Shown piece after piece: positions 44,967 to 50,169 of a DNA stretch of 50,169 nucleotides. The stretch spans positions 1-50,169 of the forward strand of contig CAYWTX010000419.1 in assembly GCA_964461295.1 (NCBI GenBank), read 5' to 3'. Numbering within the stretch: position 1 is the stretch's first letter; each line of letters opens with the position of its first letter. A program made the position numbers and the translations under genes. Under the pieces are notes generated by a model. The model saw only the letters and a list, made by a program, of their open reading frames with translations. It had not been told where the DNA came from and did no database searches. This stretch comes from an uncultured Planctomycetaceae bacterium (lineage in GTDB: Bacteria; Planctomycetota; Phycisphaerae; SM23-33).

Positions 44967-46195
44967 GAGGCGGCCGGCACCCGCGGCTTCTTCGAGCACG
45001 GGTATTTCCGGCGCAGCTCGCCCATGGCGTCCAGAAGCGTCCGCAGGTCTTCGCGCGAATGGCTGGCCGTCGGGATCACCCGCAGGATGGACGTGCCGAT
45101 CGGCACGGCCGGGTAGAGCACGGCACTGGCGAAGATGTCGTACTCCTCGTCCAGTTCGGCGCTGATGTGCACGGCGTCGGTGCCGTTGCCGCGTATCGGC
45201 GTGATGGGCGTCTGCGTCTTGCCGATGTCATAGCCCATCGCCTTCAACTCGCCCTGGAGGAATCGCGTGTTCTCCCACAGCCGCGTGCGGCGGTCGCCTT
45301 CCGTTCGCACGATCCTCAGCGCTTCCAGCGTGGCGGCGGCGACGGCTCCGGGCATCGCCTTGGTGAACAGGATCGTCGGCGCGTTGTAGCGCAGGTGGTT
45401 GATGACGACGTCGTCGCCGGCGACGAAGCCGCCGGTGGTGGCCATCGCCTTGCTGCACGTGCCCAGGTGCAGGTCGATGCGGTCCTCCACTCCCTGCAGT
45501 TCGGCCGTGCCGCGGCCGTTGGCGCCGCACACGCCGGTGCCGTGGGCGTCGTCGACGATGAGGCGGGCGCCGTACTTCTCGCACAGGTCGCACAGGTCCG
45601 GCAGCGGGGCGGTGTCGCCCTGCATGGAGTACACGCCGTCGACCACGACCATGCGGGCGCGGTTGGCCGGCGTCTCCATGAGGATCGCCTCGAGGTCCTC
45701 CACGTCGTTGTGCTGGAAGAACCGCATGCGGGCGCCCGAGATGCGGGCCCCGCACACCAGCGACGCATGCGCGTACCGGTCCAGCAGGATCAGGTCGCGA
45801 GGGCCCGCCAGGGCCGCGATGGCGCCCATCATGGCGAAGGCGCCGTTGCTGAACACCAGCGCCTTCTCCGTTCGCTTGAAATCGGCGAGTTGACGCTCCA
45901 ACTCCTCGTGCAACTCGGTGTTGCCCGTCAGCGGGCGGGCGCCCATCGGGGCCGATATGCCGTAGCGGCTGGCGATGTCCGAGGCCGCCTTGATCACCCG
46001 CCTGTCGCTGGCCAGGCCGAGGTAGTCGTTGGTGCTGAACTGGAGCATGCGGCGCCCGTCGACGTCCATCCAGGGCCCGGCATTGTCCAAGGGCATCCTG
46101 CGATAGAGGACGCCCTCCGCCTTCTGGCGGTGCTCGCCCTCGATGATGGGCGAGTGATCTCGGAACTTGACGCACTTATCGAAGATGTCAGGCAT
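44963..46195 (-). CDS. alpha-oxoamine synthase family PLP enzyme (BioF / KBL / serine-palmitoyltransferase-like)
   Basis: Motifs are FSTNDYLGL, VFSNGAFA, DGVYSMQGD, DDAHGTG and the PLP lysine in GTCSKAM. The start MPDIFDKC is ATG 46195-46193. Confidence 0.9.
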   Translation of the reverse strand: MPDIFDKCVKFRDHSPIIEGEHRQKAEGVLYRRMPLDNAGPWMDVDGRRMLQFSTNDYLGLASDRRVIKAASDIASRYGISAPMGARPLTGNTELHEELERQLADFKRTEKALVFSNGAFAMMGAIAALAGPRDLILLDRYAHASLVCGARISGARMRFFQHNDVEDLEAILMETPANRARMVVVDGVYSMQGDTAPLPDLCDLCEKYGARLIVDDAHGTGVCGANGRGTAELQGVEDRIDLHLGTCSKAMATTGGFVAGDDVVINHLRYNAPTILFTKAMPGAVAAATLEALRIVRTEGDRRTRLWENTRFLQGELKAMGYDIGKTQTPITPIRGNGTDAVHISAELDEEYDIFASAVLYPAVPIGTSILRVIPTASHSREDLRTLLDAMGELRRKYPCSKKPRVPAAS

Positions 46196-46461
46196 AGGCG
46201 ATCTTTCGCCAGCAAGGCGGCGACGCCGGCACCTTTCCGGTTCTCCGAACCACGCCGCAGCCGCCAGCGGCGACCGGGAGTAGACCACTTTTCACTGTTA
46301 AAGGCAAGCGGGCAATGGGTATCTTCCGGGCGAGCCGAAGACACTCAGCCGCGCCGGACGCGGAGAAGAGCGGCTTTGAGACCTTCTCCTCTGCGCCCTG
46401 CCAACGCGACCTGGAGTTCGCGTGCTCGGCGGTGGAGCTCGTCCTGGCCCGCTGACGAACC

Positions 46462-48033
46462 ATGGGACTGCTTGCTTCTACCTTTGACGCCTACGCCGCA
46501 TGGAGATTGCGGCAGTTCGATGCCGCGTGCCGCGACCCGGCCGCCACGCAACGCAACGTCCTGGCCGAGCTTCTGCGCCGCGCCGCCGGCACCGAGTGGG
46601 GCCGCCGCTTCGACTTCGCCGACATCGGCTCGCCCGAGCAGTTCCGCGCTCGCGTGCCGGTGACGCCCTACGCCGAACAGTCCACCCACTGGCTGGGCTC
46701 CTGCCAGGGCCGGCGCGATCTCTGCTGGCCCGGGCACGTGCGCTACTTCGCCATCTCCTCGGGCACCACGGCCGGCGAGAAGCTGCTCCCCGTGACGGCT
46801 GACGCGATCCGCTCGAACCTGCGGGCGGGGGGGCTGTTGGCGTCGATTCTGGCCCGCCGCGGCGGGGCCAAGGCGCTGCTGGGGGGCAAGTTCCTCTACC
46901 TGGGCGGCTCGACGACGCTGCGCGAGAACGGCCGCTGCCTCTATGGCGACGCGTCCGGCATCGTCACGCGCCACATCCCGAAGATCGCCCGCCGGCGCCA
47001 CCTGCCCGAAAGCGATATCGCCGCCCTGGGCAACTGGGAGCAGAAGATCGACCGGATCGTGGAGCGGTATCTGGCTGCCGACGTCGCCGCCGTGAGCGCC
47101 TGCCCGTCGTGGGCGTGCATGTTGTTCCGGCGAATGCGCGCCGCCGCCGGGGGCGCCGGGAAGCCCATCGGCGAACTCTGGCCTAAGCTCGCCTTCTTCG
47201 TCAGCTACGGCATGGCCTTCGGACCCTACCGCACCGCGTTCCAGCAATACGTCGGCCGGCCGCTGCACTACGTCGACACGTACTCCTCGTCGGAGGGCGG
47301 CATGACCGCCATCCAGGCCGAGGAAGGCGGGCCGATGCGGCTGATCATCGATAACGGCGTGTTCTTCGAATTCGTGCCCGCCAACGGGGCCGCCGCCGCC
47401 GCGCCGCGCCTGCACATCGGCGAGGTCGAGCCGGGGGTCGACTACTCGGTGCTGCTGTCCACCAACGGCGGCATCTGGGCCTACCCGTTGGGCGACGTGG
47501 TGCGGTTCGTCTCGCTTCGCCCGCCGCGGATCGTCTTCGGGGGCCGCACGCAGGTCCAACTCAGCGCCTTCGGCGAGCACGTGTCGCTGGATATGGTCGA
47601 GAACGCCGTGGCGTCCGCCTGCGAGAAGACCGGCGCCGTCGTGGCCGACTACACCGTGGCCCCGCGATACCCCTCGCCCGAACAACCCGTGCCCGCGCAC
47701 TGCTGGGTGATCGAGTTCGATCACCCCCCGGCCGACGCAAGCGCGTTCATGGCCGAGGTGGACGCGAAGCTCCGCTCCTTCAGCGAGGACTACGACGTCC
47801 ACCGCACCGATAACTACGGCTTGCAGCCGCCGGTGCTCATTCCGGCCGCGATGGGCACGTTCCACGAGTGGATGAAACGCAAGGGCAAACTCGGCGGACA
47901 GCACAAGGTCCCGCGCGTGGCCCGCACGGCCGAGATGCTCGAGGAGTTGATGGCGATCAGTCAGGCGGCGCCATCGGCGGTGCGAAAGTGGAAAGGGACT
48001 ACGGAGATTGAAGGAAGGGATTGTGGGGGTTGA
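46462..48033 (+). CDS. GH3-family (auxin-responsive-promoter-like) acyl-acid amido synthetase homologue
   Basis: Motifs are FAISSGTTAGEKLLPVT, YGDASGIV, YSSSEG and FEFVP, with a C-terminal HKVPRV typical of bacterial GH3 proteins. Confidence 0.85.
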   Translation: MGLLASTFDAYAAWRLRQFDAACRDPAATQRNVLAELLRRAAGTEWGRRFDFADIGSPEQFRARVPVTPYAEQSTHWLGSCQGRRDLCWPGHVRYFAISSGTTAGEKLLPVTADAIRSNLRAGGLLASILARRGGAKALLGGKFLYLGGSTTLRENGRCLYGDASGIVTRHIPKIARRRHLPESDIAALGNWEQKIDRIVERYLAADVAAVSACPSWACMLFRRMRAAAGGAGKPIGELWPKLAFFVSYGMAFGPYRTAFQQYVGRPLHYVDTYSSSEGGMTAIQAEEGGPMRLIIDNGVFFEFVPANGAAAAAPRLHIGEVEPGVDYSVLLSTNGGIWAYPLGDVVRFVSLRPPRIVFGGRTQVQLSAFGEHVSLDMVENAVASACEKTGAVVADYTVAPRYPSPEQPVPAHCWVIEFDHPPADASAFMAEVDAKLRSFSEDYDVHRTDNYGLQPPVLIPAAMGTFHEWMKRKGKLGGQHKVPRVARTAEMLEELMAISQAAPSAVRKWKGTTEIEGRDCGG

Positions 48034-48084
48034 GAGATACCCGGGAACCAATCCCGCCAATCCCGTCAATTCCTTTCCTTCTTC
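48004..48084. repeat. tandem-repeat-armed hairpin H (GGGATTG / CAATCCCGY units)
   Basis: GAGATTGAAGGAAGGGATTGTGGGGGTTG (in the last codons of the GH3 gene) pairs imperfectly with CAATCCCGCCAATCCCGTCAATTCCTTTCCTTCTTC (48049-48084). Confidence 0.6.
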
Positions 48085-48241
48085 GTCTCTCGCCGCGCCG
48101 GCGACTCATATCCGCGGAGGGGCGCGAAACAAGCCCTGCCGCTGGAGTCGGAGTTTGTGAAAGAACAGCGTCGCGATCCCTCGCCCTCATTCGACGCCCT
48201 CCGTCGCCTCTTCGGGGTTCCGAATCGGACAGGTTGAGCCA

Positions 48242-49135
48242 TTACACCTTGAACAGATCGGTACTTAAGTACTTTTCCCCTCTGTCCGGGAAGATCACCA
48301 CGATATTCCCCTTCTCCGCTCTCTTCGCCACTTCCAGCGCGGCGTACATACCCGCTCCAGAGCTCATGCCCACAAATATCCCCTCCTTCCTTACTATCTC
48401 TCTGGCAAGCCTGAATGCGGCCTCGGATTCCACCATGATACTTACATCTATCTTCGACGGATCGTAGATGGCGGGAACAATTGCCTCCGCCATGTTCTTC
48501 AAGCCCTGGATATAGTGGCCCTTTACAGGATGAGCCTCCACAATCTGTATTGCCGAGCTCTTTTCCTTAAGGTACTTGCCGACGCCCATGATGGTCCCTG
48601 AAGTGCCCAGGGAGGAGACAAAATAGTCGATCTGGCCATGCGTGTCCCTCCATAGTTCCTCGGCGGTCGTCCTGTAATGGGCCATCTTGTTGAACTCATT
48701 CGAGAACTGGTCAGCCATGAAGTACTTGCCTGGATTGCTCCTGACAAGCTCGTGCGCCTTTCTGATGGCCCCGTCAGTGCCCAGACTGGCTTCCGTAAGA
48801 GTTACCGTGGCCCCAAAGGCCTTGATCATCTTCTGCCGCTCAACCGATACGGCACTGCTCATCACGATCTCGACATCATATCCCTTCACCGCCCCTATCA
48901 TGGCCAGGCCTATGCCTGTATTTCCACTGGTGGGTTCGATGATGGTCTTTCCCTTGACGAGTTTGGCCTCCTGTTCCGCCTGCTCTATCATCTTCAGCGC
49001 TATTCTGTCTTTTATGCTTCCCGTCGGATTGAACCCTTCCAGTTTCGCGTAGATAGTGACGCGCGGGTTGGGATTGAGCGCACCGATCCTCACTAACGGG
49101 GTATTCCCTATCGCTTGCAGGATGTTCTGGTACAT
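48242..49135 (-). CDS. cysK: cysteine synthase / O-acetylserine (or O-phosphoserine) sulfhydrylase, CysK/CysM family; low-GC gene
   Basis: Motifs are NTPLV, NPTGSIKDR (PLP lysine), TSGNTG and GTSGT. ATG at 49135-49133 follows GAGGGTGA. GC is about 50% in the first 100 nt counted, against about 68% in the flanks. Confidence 0.9.
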   Translation of the reverse strand: MYQNILQAIGNTPLVRIGALNPNPRVTIYAKLEGFNPTGSIKDRIALKMIEQAEQEAKLVKGKTIIEPTSGNTGIGLAMIGAVKGYDVEIVMSSAVSVERQKMIKAFGATVTLTEASLGTDGAIRKAHELVRSNPGKYFMADQFSNEFNKMAHYRTTAEELWRDTHGQIDYFVSSLGTSGTIMGVGKYLKEKSSAIQIVEAHPVKGHYIQGLKNMAEAIVPAIYDPSKIDVSIMVESEAAFRLAREIVRKEGIFVGMSSGAGMYAALEVAKRAEKGNIVVIFPDRGEKYLSTDLFKV

Positions 49136-49662
49136 GATGCTCACCCTCAAAGTTCACATGGGTATCCAGCACGGAGGATGGAAAGGAGACGAAGCGCCCG
49201 GAATCGCGCCGGGGTAAAGCTGCTGTGCCGCGCTGCCATGCGGGAGATGGGTATGAACCGGTAGGGGGTCGGGTCCAGCGGGGCGAAACCGGGAAGCCGG
49301 GAGGCCGCGGGGAGTCAGGCGGGCGGGGGCGCCCGATCCGCCACCGGAGGGCTTGCCGATGCCGCGAGAGGTTGTGTCTGCCACGGCTGGGCTCCTTTCG
49401 GACAGTTCCGATGGCGGTTCCGGTCCGTTCCCGCGATCCGAGGAGACACACCGCCACCGGGAGCGTAGTATGATACCACGATCCGGCAGTTGCGCGAAGA
49501 AGGAATTCACGCGAGTGCGGACGGCGCGCGAGTCCAACGGTATGTCCAGTGCGGGAGACGTTTCCGGAGAAGGGGGATTGACGCGTGAGTGGGAATCACT
49601 TCCTGGAGGCGCCGCGCGGCGCCAAAGCGTTCGGCTTGTCCTATGGTTCGGGAGGTCCTGAA

Positions 49663-49851
49663 ATGAAGGGCGAGCAGGTTACCAGGCGTACGGCGATGGC
49701 GGCGGCCGGCTGCGGCGCCGCCGCCGCGATCCTCGGGCAAGGCGGGGCGAGTTCTTGGAGCGAAGGAAGGCGAGGCAAACGAAGAACACATCGCTTTGCC
49801 CGCTTGCCAGGTGAGCCGGTGTCCGCTCTTCAGCCTGAAAGGCTGAGATAG
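49663..49851 (+). pseudogene. truncated ORF retaining only a twin-arginine signal peptide (MKGEQVTRRTAMAAAGCGAAAAILG...)
   Basis: ATG at 49663 follows GGGAGG. A TAT-like RR motif and h-region are present. The frame terminates at 49851 inside the REP-like palindrome after 62 codons. Confidence 0.3.
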
Positions 49852-50029
49852 TACAGCCCAGGGCAACGCCCTGGGGATGGATGTCCCAGACCAACAAGCC
49901 CTGAAAGGGCGCAACAACTGCCCGCCCGGGCAACGGTTTCTTTCGCCCTTTCAGGGCTTCGCCATCTTCGGCTGCGGGTTCCCAGGGCGTTGCCCTGGGC
50001 TGTAGTCTGTCAGCCCTTCAGGCTGAAGG
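49828..50029. repeat. REP-like nested palindromic element (about 200 bp)
   Basis: The outer arms at 49828-49876 and 49981-50029 are about 90% complementary. They contain CAGCCTGAAAGGCTG and CCCAGGGCAACGCCCTGGG sub-hairpins. The inner arms are perfect 16-mers, AAGCCCTGAAAGGGCG (49897-49912) and CGCCCTTTCAGGGCTT (49944-49959). Confidence 0.7.
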
Positions 50030-50169
50030 CCCCCCCCGTAACGTTGCTAGTGCGCCAGGCAAAGCCTGGGCGAGGAGGAGTGCAATGTAGAAGAGCACGT
50101 AAACCTTGCAATGGGACCCAGCGGGAACCCAACCCGCCCGGCCAAGCGTAGCCGGCAGCCGGAAGCGAG

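Noticed and set aside
49385-49420. SRP (4.5S) RNA-like motif on the minus strand: GUCCGAAAGGAGCCCAGCCGUGGCAGA resembles E. coli GUCCGGAAGGAAGCAGCCAAGGCAGA
   Set aside because: The near-universal symmetric-loop nucleotides (5' AGG, 3' AGCA) are replaced by CUG / GCCCAG, which simply base-pair. The flanking helices do not match an SRP fold. I kept it only as an unclassified structured element.
49585-49662. Longer version of the TAT-signal ORF starting at 49585
   Set aside because: It has no SD. The ATG at 49663 is preceded by GGGAGG and yields a canonical short n-region before the RR motif.

Overview
The window is about 67-68% GC, gene-dense chromosomal DNA. The gene content suggests the PVC superphylum or Planctomycetota: a cytoplasmic-type sulfatase, a BatA/DUF4159/MoxR cluster, Gfo/Idh/MocA and PQQ-propeller proteins, and an FtsQ-like gene with no dcw cluster. 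This taxonomic placement is inference only.

Gene content, in order along the window:
- A Gfo/Idh/MocA oxidoreductase, a PfkB sugar kinase, and a two-gene 2-oxoacid:ferredoxin oxidoreductase.
- trmB, then a 472-bp lower-GC spacer with DnaA-box-like sites (candidate oriC), then dnaA with no dnaN beside it.
- An FtsQ-like POTRA protein divergent from murD.
- A secreted PQQ-like propeller, an esterase, kdsB, and a glycosidase-like protein.
- A ParE/RelE toxin-antitoxin pair.
- A SAM-I-riboswitch-controlled metY-metXW operon, in which MetX and MetW are fused.
- A repeat-containing lipoprotein and a CHAD + HD pair.
- A 16-kb expanded MoxR-DUF58-BatA/VWA cluster of eight genes (24462-40900).
- purQ and an orphan BrnT-like toxin.
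- An operon of alpha-oxoamine synthase, large GNAT and sulfatase with ATGA-coupled junctions, divergent from a GH3-family gene.
- A single-gene low-GC (about 50%) cysteine synthase island next to REP-like palindromes.

I found no rRNA, tRNA, CRISPR array or transposase.

The most unusual signals are non-coding:
- Eight intercistronic long hairpins have arms built from 7-10-nt tandem repeats. Four of them use CCAGCTW heptamers, and two of those carry a nested palindromic insert.
- A 59-nt repeat occurs three times on the same strand.
- A nested REP-like palindrome truncates a TAT-signal ORF.

Many very long ORFs in the track are antisense or off-frame artefacts of the high GC content and were not called.
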